This document shows, in pieces, positions 45,654-55,763 of a stretch of 64,000 nucleotides of DNA. The stretch comes from an uncultured virus (IMG/VR IMGVR_UViG_3300025708_000562) (Duplodnaviria; Heunggongvirae; Uroviricota; Caudoviricetes). The position numbers were made by a program, and so were the translations under genes. Below the pieces are notes generated by a model. That model made no database searches. It saw nothing but the letters and a program-made list of their open reading frames with translations, and had not been told where the DNA came from. The DNA is taken from the IMG/VR virus record IMGVR_UViG_3300025708_000562, one strand, 5' to 3'. Position 1 is the first letter of the stretch. Every line of letters starts with the position of its first letter.

Positions 45654-45700
45654 ACCTCCTGGGTTGTGGGGGCACCCGAAGGCGCCCCCGACCCTGGACT

Positions 45701-46609
45701 TTACCCAGCCGGCTCTTCTGCCACCTCGTCGGCGGCCTTCTTCCGGCTTACCCGCTTCGGCTTCTCGGGCTCTTCAGGAACCTCGAATAGCGCGGCGAGC
45801 CGCGCGGCGTCCTGGAAGGCGTCTCTCGACACCATTTCCACGCGACCAGTCTGCCGGCGGAGTTGGGCAATCCCGCCCTCCGCCTCCAGCTCCATGACCC
45901 TACCCCTGTACCAGAGATAGGTGAGCCCGTCCTGGTCTCTACGCCACGGGGCTCCCGGCCATGGTAGCCTTACCATGGCAGTGTCGCCGAACGCCGGGTC
46001 CACAAGGGGGTCTCTCTCGAATATCCGGAGGATGACCCCGAAATCCTCACGGACAAATGTGCCATTGACCCGCGGGAGGCTCAGCCACCGCCTCCACCCC
46101 TCGGTGCCTTCGACGCGCCACGGCAGACGCGGGATGTCTCGCGCGAAAGCCATGTAGCGCACCTGGTCGACCCCCGGCACGTCAACCCCCATCACGTATA
46201 CCGTGACGGAACGACGCCGGAGATCCGACGGGTCGTAGAACTCGATCGTTCGCGCCTGCTCACCCTCAAATCTCATCCCCCCGATCGCGTCGCGGATGAG
46301 ATTGGTAGCTGTTCCGGGGAGCAGCCGGATGCGGCTGCCGTCCAGCATGACCACGATGGGCTTCTCGGGATCGAACTTTTCGTCCCTCAGGCCCACGCAG
46401 CATCCGGGGGCGTCGTCTGCTACCGGCGGGAACGAAACCCACCCAGTCGTATAGGTGCCGACAACCATGCCGCTGTCAGCCCTCACGACGAGACTTCGAC
46501 CGTTGCGCAGCAGCGGTATCGCATCCTTGATTTCGCCGGGATGCAACACCTGGTCCTCTTCGTCTAACAACATGGTGCGTCTGCCGGAGTTCCACATCAC
46601 ATCAGGCAT
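45701..46609 (-). CDS. Hypothetical protein (GC-rich)
   Basis: 302-aa ORF with AGGAGG SD and a downstream hairpin. Confidence 0.6.
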   Translation of the reverse strand: MPDVMWNSGRRTMLLDEEDQVLHPGEIKDAIPLLRNGRSLVVRADSGMVVGTYTTGWVSFPPVADDAPGCCVGLRDEKFDPEKPIVVMLDGSRIRLLPGTATNLIRDAIGGMRFEGEQARTIEFYDPSDLRRRSVTVYVMGVDVPGVDQVRYMAFARDIPRLPWRVEGTEGWRRWLSLPRVNGTFVREDFGVILRIFERDPLVDPAFGDTAMVRLPWPGAPWRRDQDGLTYLWYRGRVMELEAEGGIAQLRRQTGRVEMVSRDAFQDAARLAALFEVPEEPEKPKRVSRKKAADEVAEEPAG

Positions 46610-46745
46610 CGTAGCCTCCTAATTAAAAGCAGGGCCACAACGCATTGGCCTATCCAAAGCGCCATGACCCAACGACCACTTGACGTCCCGAGTTGTTTAT
46701 AACATAATTCATTATGCTTTAGCACTCATTTACCAGGAGGCAGTT

Positions 46746-47411
46746 ATGCACGTTCAACTTAAGACCCCCGATGGACCGCCAGACAACCTCTGCGCCAAGA
46801 TCGGCGGGCTATTAGTCCACGATGACTTCAAGGCTAAATTACGTAATGGCAGGTGGATATACGAGTCGTCCCGACACACGGACAATAGCCTAGCCATCCC
46901 GGCGTGGATAGATCGCTCCACGGTGACAATGAGCGTGCATGACGAAGAGGCTTATGTCAACGGGGTAGCCCATATCGTGTGCGCCACCTCGGGGCGCCCG
47001 CTTGTGCCGTACTACGTACCGGTACAACACGCTACAGGTTCGCCCGACGCGTGCTTCTCGCTATCGTTCCCGTTCGTACATATCGCTTATTTAAAGTCGA
47101 TCAACTATCTGTGGATCAGACACGTCAATCCGGTGATGCTGGGTGATGAGGCTACTGCTATGACTGACGATGTTTTCCGCGGCCCTGTTGCGGTGCGCAC
47201 GGCTTATTGCAAGAATTGTGATCAGGAGTTTGACGCAAGATACCCCCACGACCTAGACCATCATATAGTTGTTTCTACGTTTGATGTTCCACAAGAGCTG
47301 GATTACTTAAGGAGCGCCATTCTTGCCGCCACGCGTAAAGCTTGGGGGCCCAAGCCATCGCGTGCGTATTATGTACACAAACCCGAGAGGAGAACGTTGT
47401 GCAATACGTAA
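46746..47411 (+). CDS. Hypothetical protein
   Basis: AGGAGG SD; TTGACG-17-CATAAT upstream. Confidence 0.6.
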   Translation: MHVQLKTPDGPPDNLCAKIGGLLVHDDFKAKLRNGRWIYESSRHTDNSLAIPAWIDRSTVTMSVHDEEAYVNGVAHIVCATSGRPLVPYYVPVQHATGSPDACFSLSFPFVHIAYLKSINYLWIRHVNPVMLGDEATAMTDDVFRGPVAVRTAYCKNCDQEFDARYPHDLDHHIVVSTFDVPQELDYLRSAILAATRKAWGPKPSRAYYVHKPERRTLCNT

Positions 47412-47683
47412 TGTTGGGTCTGAGCGTAGCCGCTCTAGCGGTAATGGGCGTTATTATACGCCTTCTTGACCGCATCGCGCATAGCATTGATAAGCTGGAT
47501 GCTTACGTGCACGAGATGTTGGACTATCAGAAGACTGAAGCGCTAAACAACGCACTGCAGAATATGACGCGCGCCTTCACGGGCAACTTCCCTGCCCTCG
47601 TTCCGCCGGCGGCCCCCCAAGAGGAAGCTCCGGCTGACATATCAGAGCTGGTTGAGCTGGCTAGGCGGCTAACCCGCGCATAG
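47398..47683 (+). CDS. Small membrane-anchored coiled-coil protein
   Basis: N-terminal TM segment; start approximate; followed by a hairpin at about 47701-47732. Confidence 0.5.
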
Positions 47684-47744
47684 TGCGTCGCTAATAGCAA
47701 GGGGGCGGCCTGCGAGGGCCGCCCCTGCTTTATTGTGGCTGTCC

Positions 47745-48242
47745 TTATATGCTGACTGGAGGTTCCGCCTCGTGGGCCGCAGCAATATCCTGCAGATCCT
47801 GCGGCCCTATGCCCTCAAGGGCTCCGGAGGCCTGCAGCACGGTAGCAAGCTGCGTAGAGATGTCGTCAACCTTTTCCGTCTGAGCCTTAGCTAGGTCAAG
47901 CGCGGAATCCGCCACGCGCAGCGATTGCTGTAGCAGGTTCTGGTCAATGCTAGGTTCTGGTTCCGCCGCCCCGGGAGCTCCCGCCGGTGCGTTGGCTATC
48001 ATCGCCAGCATATTGGGGTCGATAGGCATACCACCCACGGGAGGCATACCTCCGCCCATTGCCGCGGGGTCCATCGGCGCACCGCCCATCATTGCGGGGT
48101 CCATCGGCATGCCACCCCCCATCATCGCGGGATCCATTGGCATCCCCCCGCCCATTGCGGCAGGGTCCATCGGCATGCCGCCAGCCTGAGCCATCATCAT
48201 CGGATCCTGAGCTACTTTTAGCATACCAGACAAGCGTCCCAT
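47745..48242 (-). CDS. Putative virion protein with GGMPMDPAMM repeats
   Basis: MGRLSGMLKVA leader; about 5 degenerate decapeptide repeats. Confidence 0.6.
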   Translation of the reverse strand: MGRLSGMLKVAQDPMMMAQAGGMPMDPAAMGGGMPMDPAMMGGGMPMDPAMMGGAPMDPAAMGGGMPPVGGMPIDPNMLAMIANAPAGAPGAAEPEPSIDQNLLQQSLRVADSALDLAKAQTEKVDDISTQLATVLQASGALEGIGPQDLQDIAAAHEAEPPVSI

Positions 48243-48252
48243 ATTACTCTCC

Positions 48253-48627
48253 TTATGCCATTCCTGGGCCCTGTAAGCCTGTTAGATTGCGCATCGTGGT
48301 AGGCATTCCCAATCCACCATACGGCCCCATCATGGCTGCCATGATCGGAGCGTATTCGTTGATAATCTGTTTACGTCCCCTGCTATACGCCTCCATCTGG
48401 CTGCGCTGCAGATGTGCATTGAGGGTCGGTATGCCCACCATTGCCGCTACAAGCGCAGCGGGGATGAGTCCAGCGGCGGTTTTCGTAGTACCCACATCGA
48501 GCATGTTGTCGGCAACGCGCGGGGCGATAAGTGGCCATATCAATCCAAAGCGAGCAGCCTTCATGCGATCACCCGTTAGGCCGTCGCGGCTAAGCTTAGC
48601 TAGTTTAGTAAGTGTCTGCTCGCGCAT
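48253..48627 (-). CDS. Putative virion protein
   Basis: LTKLA and TKTAA motifs; hydrophobic segment. Confidence 0.5.
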   Translation of the reverse strand: MREQTLTKLAKLSRDGLTGDRMKAARFGLIWPLIAPRVADNMLDVGTTKTAAGLIPAALVAAMVGIPTLNAHLQRSQMEAYSRGRKQIINEYAPIMAAMMGPYGGLGMPTTMRNLTGLQGPGMA

Positions 48628-48628
48628 T

Positions 48629-48952
48629 TCATTCCCCCAAAAACTCTGACGCCCATGGGTCGAAATCCTCATCTTCTTCGGGGTCGGCGCTTTCTTCCTC
48701 GAGAGGCTCGTCCACCACCTCTGGGGCGTGTGCCATCAGCATGGCTTTAAGGGCCTCGATAGCCTCTGGCGGAGCTTCTTCACCCTCCGGTTCCGGGATA
48801 GATTCCGAAAGAGCCAAAAGCACGGATGGGTCTACATCCATGTCTTGGGCAAGCTCGTTGAGGGCGGCTTCCTTCATGTGCAATACCGCCATGTGCGCGG
48901 ACTCTACCAGCTCTGGCTCAATTGGATCGAATCTATTCATGGTATCCTCCAC
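48629..48952 (-). CDS. Acidic hypothetical protein
   Basis: MKEAA motif; E/D-rich. Confidence 0.5.
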   Translation of the reverse strand: MEDTMNRFDPIEPELVESAHMAVLHMKEAALNELAQDMDVDPSVLLALSESIPEPEGEEAPPEAIEALKAMLMAHAPEVVDEPLEEESADPEEDEDFDPWASEFLGE

Positions 48953-48972
48953 GCCATACAGTATAGCGCATT

Positions 48973-49305
48973 CTATTCAGGAGGCAACTCATCGTCGCCC
49001 TTAGTCTTCTTAATAAACCACTCGTATGCAAAGCTTGAAGCTGTAGCATATACAATGGTCGTGGCAGGAATAGTAGACCACGAGAATGGCACCTCAGACA
49101 GCACCGCTTCTGCCACCTGATAGGCTACGGCGCAGATGAAAGCCGCTGCCAGCGCACACATCATGCCGCAAAACTTGCGCCTGACCTTGAAATAGCGCGC
49201 TATTGGCGGGATCGACTTTATGGCCTGGGCTAGATACCCCGTGCCGATCATCATGCCAATAAAGCCCAGCGCAAACTCTTTAGAAAAGAGTTGGAGCGTC
49301 CCCAC
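48973..49305 (-). CDS. Holin-like membrane protein (3 TM)
   Basis: Three hydrophobic segments; Q.IK and YE...K motifs; charged C-terminus. Confidence 0.55.
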   Translation of the reverse strand: MGTLQLFSKEFALGFIGMMIGTGYLAQAIKSIPPIARYFKVRRKFCGMMCALAAAFICAVAYQVAEAVLSEVPFSWSTIPATTIVYATASSFAYEWFIKKTKGDDELPPE

Positions 49306-49672
49306 TTTCCTCTCCCCCCGCGTGATCAGCCTCTATTATAGATACGTCCACACACTCATCATCATTATAGGCGTTATGCCACTCAAAAACAAAATCCGTA
49401 GTTGGCGCGCCAGCAGACCACATATTATGATCCACCAAGTTTTGGACAATAATAGACTGCACCCACGCCCTAGCCCTGGAGGACGTAGTGCTCAAGTGCT
49501 TGGAGTATATATCAACACGGTAGGCTTGATTGCGATTGGCCTGCTTCTTGTTGAATGACGCCACGCGCGCTACTCGCAACGCCGCGCCCCACGCCCGCAT
49601 GACTTCGGATATAGTCTCCCCGCGGCTATCTTCGAGCCGCGGAACAGATGCTATGCGTAGAATAGTTTCCAC
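49280..49672 (-). CDS. Hypothetical protein
   Basis: AGGAGG SD. Confidence 0.5.
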   Translation of the reverse strand: METILRIASVPRLEDSRGETISEVMRAWGAALRVARVASFNKKQANRNQAYRVDIYSKHLSTTSSRARAWVQSIIVQNLVDHNMWSAGAPTTDFVFEWHNAYNDDECVDVSIIEADHAGGEESGDAPTLF

Positions 49673-49720
49673 TGTGCCCTCCTAAGCTTAGTATAGACAT
49701 CATCCGGCCCAACGCCAGAC

Positions 49721-49763
49721 TAAAAAGAACAAGGGGTCGGGGGGCTTGCGCCCCCCTTCCCTT
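49721..49763 (-). terminator. Intrinsic terminator after the Ubl gene
   Basis: GGGGGGC-GCAA-GCCCCCC hairpin with extended stem and T-tract on the minus strand. Confidence 0.7.
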
Positions 49764-49768
49764 GGCGT

Positions 49769-50194
49769 CTAGTTGCCCTTGACCACGGTGGTCAGGGTAA
49801 CGACGTCGCCGTCCCTCAGTTCATATGAGAGGTTGGCGATGCGGTTGTTGACGCGCATCTCGTCCTTGTCTCCCACGGACATACCGGCCTGGCCGAGCGC
49901 ATCCCTCACGGTCCTGCCGCCGTTGAGGGTGATGACCTTCCTCTCGCCAGGGACCCTGGCGACTGTGACGTCGATGTAGTCAGGCATGTTCCCCTTCACC
50001 TTCGCGGAAATGGTGACAATGTCACCGTTGCGGAGTTCGGCGTTCAAGATGCTTGGACGCCCGTTAATCATGACGGAGTCGGACTCGTAGCAGGAGATGC
50101 CTGCGAGCCTGGCGCACTCGCGAACGGTGCAGCCATCCTCGACCATCATGTCCTTCCTCTGTCCTGGGACGCGAGCGATCGTTACGTTCGTCAT
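49769..50194 (-). CDS. Tandem di-ubiquitin-like (ThiS/MoaD beta-grasp) protein
   Basis: Two homologous units (69 and 72 aa): ARVPG...TVR....AG.....(I/V)N......ELR.GD.VT....VKGN. Confidence 0.88.
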   Translation of the reverse strand: MTNVTIARVPGQRKDMMVEDGCTVRECARLAGISCYESDSVMINGRPSILNAELRNGDIVTISAKVKGNMPDYIDVTVARVPGERKVITLNGGRTVRDALGQAGMSVGDKDEMRVNNRIANLSYELRDGDVVTLTTVVKGN

Positions 50195-50224
50195 TTGTGA
50201 ATTCCCTTCTGATGTGAATGTGGT

Positions 50225-50920
50225 CTACCACTTGGTAGAGACGTAAGAGAATGGATTCAGCCCATAAATAAGCTCGTGTTCTGGACGCTCAAATTTAGAA
50301 GCATCTAGCGACCAACCATGATATCGAATAAACTGCCACAAAGCAATGCCCGCCAGTGTGTACACCGTAGGTCCGACGGTTGTGGTCGCTCCGCATGGTG
50401 ATGCTTCTGCATCATCGTCACTCACTAGAGTGCTGGACCACCGTTCCACCTCTGATGGCATGGCGGGGTTGACTACATACACTCGCGCCAAGTCTGCGCC
50501 CATACGGGTCTCGATCACGCAGCGCGTGTCGAGCTCAGCCTCTATATCAGCCATGATGGTTTTCCGCGACGCCATGGTATCTGTCAAGAGGAAGACATAG
50601 GGAGCCCATGGCTTTTCTACATCGCCTGGAGCAAATCCCATTACGGTATCTATCTCGCAACCCGTTGCGCGCTTGATTACGTCGGCTAAAGCCGCGACCT
50701 TCGCCTGCCCGATATGGCACTGCTCGAAGCACTGATTCGCAATGTTATGCTCAGCAACCACATCGCCATCTATCACGCGAATATGCTCTACCCCTAGCTT
50801 CGCTAGGCCTAGGGCCAGATAGCTACCCGTAGCTCCCGCCCCTATGATGTCTACGCGATCGTTGAACGACCTTGGATCAAACACCGCCAGGTGTCTTGAC
50901 GGATCTATGATGTTTGCCAT
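50225..50920 (-). CDS. E1-like ThiF/MoeB adenylyltransferase
   Basis: IIGAGATGS, DGD.V..HN..NQ, KV.AL, TD...R, ETRMG, candidate catalytic Cys in SPCG. Confidence 0.92.
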   Translation of the reverse strand: MANIIDPSRHLAVFDPRSFNDRVDIIGAGATGSYLALGLAKLGVEHIRVIDGDVVAEHNIANQCFEQCHIGQAKVAALADVIKRATGCEIDTVMGFAPGDVEKPWAPYVFLLTDTMASRKTIMADIEAELDTRCVIETRMGADLARVYVVNPAMPSEVERWSSTLVSDDDAEASPCGATTTVGPTVYTLAGIALWQFIRYHGWSLDASKFERPEHELIYGLNPFSYVSTKW

Positions 50921-51630
50921 TAGTCGAGCCCCGCGTAGTTGTCGCCACCCCATAGCCAGGAGCGCGTGGCCTGCGTGGCGGCGTTATCCGTCGCGCTTTT
51001 GCTGCTGGCTTTGCCGCCCTTAGTTTTCTTGCCCTGATTGAATCCCCCGTATTCGATGCGCTTGACTTTCTCCGCCAGCTGCTGCTTCCAGTATTCAGCG
51101 CGATCCTCTGTGGGGTAGTCAACCTCCCATGGCACATTACGCCACACGCCGTTCAACTCGTAGTTGAAGATCGTGTACTCGCAATGTGTCGGGGCGAAGA
51201 TGCCTCTCAGGAACCACGGGCATCCGTTCCGCCTGAAGATCGTCATCTGTGCTTCATCTTGCGAGCTTGGAGACACACTCCCAAACGGGTGCGTATGCCC
51301 CCAAAACCTGAGCTTGTCGTAGTCGTCGTTTCCTCGCCCCATCAACTCGCGACCCAGCGCAGCCATCGCATCCGCCGACAGCTCTGTCGTGCCAGAGTGG
51401 CACTCCTGCTCGAGCAGGAATATCTCTGTGATTCGATAGTAGTCGGCGACCAATATCTTCTCATCCGAGTACTTGAGCTCGCGTTCGACAAGACCCATAA
51501 ATCCGACTTCGCTTGAAACGTGCCGTGATATCTGCGATAGATCTTCCGCAATTGCCGGCGACACTAGAACCTTAGGCTCGAGCAGAGTGTGAAACACCGG
51601 CGTCGCTTTGTGTGGGACTAGCGTTATCAC
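50920..51630 (-). CDS. JAB/JAMM metallopeptidase
   Basis: EVG...WGHTHP.....PSSQD; TAATG coupling to the E1 gene. Confidence 0.88.
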   Translation of the reverse strand: MITLVPHKATPVFHTLLEPKVLVSPAIAEDLSQISRHVSSEVGFMGLVERELKYSDEKILVADYYRITEIFLLEQECHSGTTELSADAMAALGRELMGRGNDDYDKLRFWGHTHPFGSVSPSSQDEAQMTIFRRNGCPWFLRGIFAPTHCEYTIFNYELNGVWRNVPWEVDYPTEDRAEYWKQQLAEKVKRIEYGGFNQGKKTKGGKASSKSATDNAATQATRSWLWGGDNYAGLD

Positions 51631-51729
51631 GCAACTCCTTTCGCGTCAATTGGAAATTCCGGGGTACACTTAGTATATAACGCATCTTTGCGGTTTTTGG
51701 CAAGGCCGCCCGTCAGAGCGGCCACGCCG

Positions 51730-53025
51730 TCACTCCTCTTCTTCCTCGTCGTCTTCGTCGGGCATCGGTGGCGCGTCATCGTCTGAGCCATAGCGTTCCT
51801 CGGCAGCCGCCGCCTCTTCAGGTGTCATTGTGCTGACTCCCGATAGCGGCCAGACCACAGCACCAACCCCGGCGCCATCATTTAGATTGGCGCTCTGCAA
51901 GAACGATATGACAAGCGATAACGCAGATCCAAGGTCGAGCTGCATCATCGCCTCGGTGAGCAGATAAGACGCATTGCCCAAGCACACGCGCCCATCATCC
52001 CATGCGTGCGGCGCAGACATAGCCTCTGAGCCGAACGAGCGGATTCTGCGCGTGATGTTGTAGCATGACAGCGCCATCGTCGACACATTAAGGCGAATGA
52101 CAAACTCGCCAAGGTCATGCGTATATATTGATCCGTCATGCACATACTGTAGCGGTATGGGGTCGGTCTGTATGATCAAATCTTCATCCGATATCGCGCT
52201 AACAAAGCGTATGCCGGGTATTTTAGGCAGATCTAGCGGCCTCGCCCCAGATATCACTTCGTTAAGCTGTTCCTTCCTGCGCTGTAACGCCTTGATCCCG
52301 CTCAGCACTTCGCTGTACTCTCTCTCGAGTCTGGCCAGTGCTTGCTGCTTGCTACTGAGCACTTGCTGCGTCTCGTTAAGCGCTCTGCGGAATGCGCTAG
52401 CGCATACATCGCCAATCGGTCGTGTTGTTATCTGCTCCGACTGGGCATCTTGGATTGTGCGCGCCAACTCACGCCAATCATCTGCGTGGTAAATTAGCCC
52501 GCCGTCGGAAGGCTTGGGGGCCGTAATCAGCACCCCTCCCTTAGTCAGGAGCACGGGACGGCCGCCTGCTGTATAGCGCTTAACTCCGCTGTATTCTGCG
52601 CCTATATGGGGCAACTGACACACGCCAACCATATAGCGATCCTGCTCTTCCATCCATGGGATCAGGTGCTTGAAGACGCATATCTGAATTGGCTTGCGCA
52701 CCACCGGAAGGATAGCGCGCATACAGTCGCCGACAAAGCTTCTGCGATTGTCTGGTTTGACCAACGCCGCATCGGGGTCAGATTCCGTAATCGCGTCAGA
52801 CGATATCGACACCCAGTTCTGCCCAGCGCGCCCCCATCCGTTTGCCTCTGTGATTCCGCACAGCAAGTACTCGCCATAAACCTCCGCGTAAGACCACATC
52901 GCTATGTCATCGCGAGCCATTAAGGCCGCCTCTTCCTCTTCCGTAACGGGCATGAAGCCGGGAGTTATCTCCTCACGCTCTTCCAGCCCTACTAGCCCTG
53001 CATCTGTAGTTGCTATTGCGATCAT
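51730..53025 (-). CDS. Coiled-coil protein with C-terminal E2-like domain
   Basis: DLGEF.I...APHAWDDGRVCLGN..L......L..L..FL.S.N. Confidence 0.7.
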   Translation of the reverse strand: MIAIATTDAGLVGLEEREEITPGFMPVTEEEEAALMARDDIAMWSYAEVYGEYLLCGITEANGWGRAGQNWVSISSDAITESDPDAALVKPDNRRSFVGDCMRAILPVVRKPIQICVFKHLIPWMEEQDRYMVGVCQLPHIGAEYSGVKRYTAGGRPVLLTKGGVLITAPKPSDGGLIYHADDWRELARTIQDAQSEQITTRPIGDVCASAFRRALNETQQVLSSKQQALARLEREYSEVLSGIKALQRRKEQLNEVISGARPLDLPKIPGIRFVSAISDEDLIIQTDPIPLQYVHDGSIYTHDLGEFVIRLNVSTMALSCYNITRRIRSFGSEAMSAPHAWDDGRVCLGNASYLLTEAMMQLDLGSALSLVISFLQSANLNDGAGVGAVVWPLSGVSTMTPEEAAAAEERYGSDDDAPPMPDEDDEEEEE

Positions 53026-54296
53026 TCAATCACCCCCTGACGCTTACGCTTTTCTAGCAGCTGACCTGCAGCGGCGGAGGATAAGCTAAGTGCTCCACGC
53101 AAGTCCGACGTATTGGCCGATGTGAGATACAGCAGGTAAATCGATACGCGCGTTGCCGTGTCGGAGCTAGAGACCCAACCCTCGGCGTTACCCCAACACG
53201 GCTCGCCATTACTCGCGACATGAGGGCCGTTGAGGCCGGCGCTGTACCTTCGATATTCACCATCAGTGCTTACGATCCTGCTATCCAACTGTTTGTCTGT
53301 AATACAATGAGCACCCGCGTAGAACTCCGCACCGCTATCGGTCGTTCCCAAAGATGGCTTAGTGAAAATATACACCTCTCCTCCGGGCGAGATGACAACG
53401 TATCGTATCAACGGCCACCTGGCTATGGGCGCCCACTCTGAAGGAGCGCTCGGTGGGGTGTATCTGTCTATAGCCTTAGCCCACCACGGCAACTTATTGA
53501 CACTACCGCTGATAATAAGCGCATCATAACAGCCATCGTATCGCACGCAACCGGTGCCTATGGGACTTAAGAGCAAGCCCCAATTAAGCATTTCGTTTCC
53601 TGTATAGTCACCCAGGGGGCTAGACAGTCCAAAGTGCACCTTGCCGGCCACCTTGTTGTACGGTAGCTTGCTCATGTCGAACCGCGGGCCCACAACTACC
53701 AACGGGCGGCTTAGATTAAGCCCTCGGGGGTAGTGGGGATAGGGCAAGGACAGGCCTGGGGCAACCCATGCATTGCACTCGGGTTGCCACGTGATCTCCG
53801 CCGCCGCGAATATGCCCCTCAGATCTTCATCTATGGTGGGAGTCTCCGGCGGGGCAACCGGCTCTGGAGCGGGAACTTCTGCCGGCGCCTCAGTTGGCGC
53901 TACCCGCGTGGCAGTCCTGCGCGGCCTGCGCCGCGGTGGCTCTGCGGGCGGGAACAGCGAGTCGTTGTAGTATGGGGCGCATATTGGGATCCTCAACTCC
54001 ACCGCGTTGCGCCCAGGCGTGCGTTCCGCCACCCCTGGGGTGTTAAGATCAAAGGAGTTCCGCGGCGGTTCACACTGCGCCAACAACCACTCAGGGCAAT
54101 CCTCTCCCTGTACTACTTCTATGAAGCGATAGGGAATCCTCGCCCCACGCGTGATTGCCTCGGCCACGCTCGGCCCCTGTATCATAAGCACCGCTACCGC
54201 CCCGTCCTCGAGCGTGCCCTCCGAGATGTCTATCTTCGGCTCGAAGCCAAACCGCGCGGTAGTGGGCCAACTGGCAGCCCTTGATGATATATGCAT
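53022..54296 (-). CDS. Protein with C-terminal E2-like domain
   Basis: GPHVASNGEPCWGN...YL.SAN, similar to the neighbouring E2-like C-terminus. Confidence 0.6.
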   Translation of the reverse strand: MHISSRAASWPTTARFGFEPKIDISEGTLEDGAVAVLMIQGPSVAEAITRGARIPYRFIEVVQGEDCPEWLLAQCEPPRNSFDLNTPGVAERTPGRNAVELRIPICAPYYNDSLFPPAEPPRRRPRRTATRVAPTEAPAEVPAPEPVAPPETPTIDEDLRGIFAAAEITWQPECNAWVAPGLSLPYPHYPRGLNLSRPLVVVGPRFDMSKLPYNKVAGKVHFGLSSPLGDYTGNEMLNWGLLLSPIGTGCVRYDGCYDALIISGSVNKLPWWAKAIDRYTPPSAPSEWAPIARWPLIRYVVISPGGEVYIFTKPSLGTTDSGAEFYAGAHCITDKQLDSRIVSTDGEYRRYSAGLNGPHVASNGEPCWGNAEGWVSSSDTATRVSIYLLYLTSANTSDLRGALSLSSAAAGQLLEKRKRQGVIE

Positions 54297-54304
54297 ACTG
54301 CTCC

Positions 54305-55747
54305 TTACGAAAGCGTGGGTGGATTTTGCCGCAGGTGCTGTTCAACTGCCTGCCGCGCCGCATTGATGTACACCTTCAACGCCGCAGCCGGGTCAATGAG
54401 CCAGCGGTGCGCTAGCGCTAAAGAGCGCTCATCGTGCGGTATGTTAACGGACATATGACGATCGCTGCCAAGCTCCGCAGTGTAGGTGGGGAGACAAGAT
54501 AGCCCCACCACTTCGGTGTGAGCTTCGCTTTGCCTTATCACTTCGCAATTGATCGGAAGGCTTACCGACATTGCCATGCGGGTTGGCTCCGCCCCGTCAG
54601 GCTGCGCTATTTCGATCTCAACGTCACCAGCGTCAACCACCATCATGGGGCGCATGTTGTCCGATCGGGACGATGGCGCTGTGGTACGCATTGCTATGCC
54701 TCTGAAGTGATCGCTATCGCACTCGCCAAGCCGTGTCGCGAATTCAGCTACGTATTTCTCAAGGTTGGGTTCTATGTGCTCTATCTCGCTAATGGCGCAT
54801 GAGTTGCTCGCTAAGTTAAGAGTTACCCTGCGCAATTGCGCTAGCAATTCTTCCCTGCGTGCAATCATGTCATGCTTAGTCCTGTCAAGCGCTTCCGACA
54901 TACCAGGAGCCAGCCTGGATGCGACTACCGCGGGGGGGACATCACACCGATCTCGATCGTGGCCGATCTTCGCTATGCGTTCCTGAAAGATATACTCGCC
55001 ATAAGTTGTTATGGCATCACGTACATCCGAACGCACCGCTGCCAACGCCACGGGGGTGGGTGGTGTATCTGAAGAGCTGAACACAGCGGGGCCAGCATCC
55101 ATGCCTATCAGCACCACGTTGTCCAGCGCATAGGCCAACACTGCCGTATCTGCTCCCTCGACCGCATTGATGCGGTGATTGTCATCCGTCAGCGCATAGC
55201 CGCCACTATTTGTCGCCTTGATCTGCACTAGCGGCACGGACAAGTCCTCCCCGCCTGGCGTAGATACGACGCGATGATGTGACACGCGATGCTCGCCATA
55301 CGGCACGTGCAGAAGTATGACCAGGGCTTCGCTGTCAACCCGCTCGCGAATAATGCGCGCCACATCCGCCATGGGGAAGACTGGCTGGGTGAGATATGGG
55401 CGTAACTCGGGAACGGTCTCTTGCAGCTGATACGTATTGAGGCAGCTCACGCTACATGATGGGGCGTCGATAACCCTCCACACTCCATCGTCACAGCGCT
55501 TCGCCCACGCCGTGCTAGCTCCCATCCCTGCACCGCGTATCCTGCGTACTCCATCTAACCCATTGAGGAGCACGACTGTGTTCATTGCTGCCCTGAGCGT
55601 TAACCCAATATCGCTATACCACTCAGACCACGCATTTCTGGCGTTGGTGACCGACCCGAAGATCGGAACCGTCGATCCATCTGGCGCTAGATAACGCGTC
55701 TTCGTATACCTAGATCGCGTCATCCCTACAATGGGTGTTGATGCCAT
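54305..55747 (-). CDS. Hypothetical protein with central coiled coil, in the Ubl locus
   Basis: 480-aa ORF coupled to the E2-like genes. Confidence 0.55.
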   Translation of the reverse strand: MASTPIVGMTRSRYTKTRYLAPDGSTVPIFGSVTNARNAWSEWYSDIGLTLRAAMNTVVLLNGLDGVRRIRGAGMGASTAWAKRCDDGVWRVIDAPSCSVSCLNTYQLQETVPELRPYLTQPVFPMADVARIIRERVDSEALVILLHVPYGEHRVSHHRVVSTPGGEDLSVPLVQIKATNSGGYALTDDNHRINAVEGADTAVLAYALDNVVLIGMDAGPAVFSSSDTPPTPVALAAVRSDVRDAITTYGEYIFQERIAKIGHDRDRCDVPPAVVASRLAPGMSEALDRTKHDMIARREELLAQLRRVTLNLASNSCAISEIEHIEPNLEKYVAEFATRLGECDSDHFRGIAMRTTAPSSRSDNMRPMMVVDAGDVEIEIAQPDGAEPTRMAMSVSLPINCEVIRQSEAHTEVVGLSCLPTYTAELGSDRHMSVNIPHDERSLALAHRWLIDPAAALKVYINAARQAVEQHLRQNPPTLS

Positions 55748-55763
55748 TTATTAGGCGTCCTTT

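Noticed and set aside
49769..50920. ThiS/ThiF or MoaD/MoeB cofactor biosynthesis
   Set aside because: No thiG, moaE or cysteine desulfurase nearby; JAB and E2-like neighbours and the masked KGN ends favour conjugation, though this is not proven
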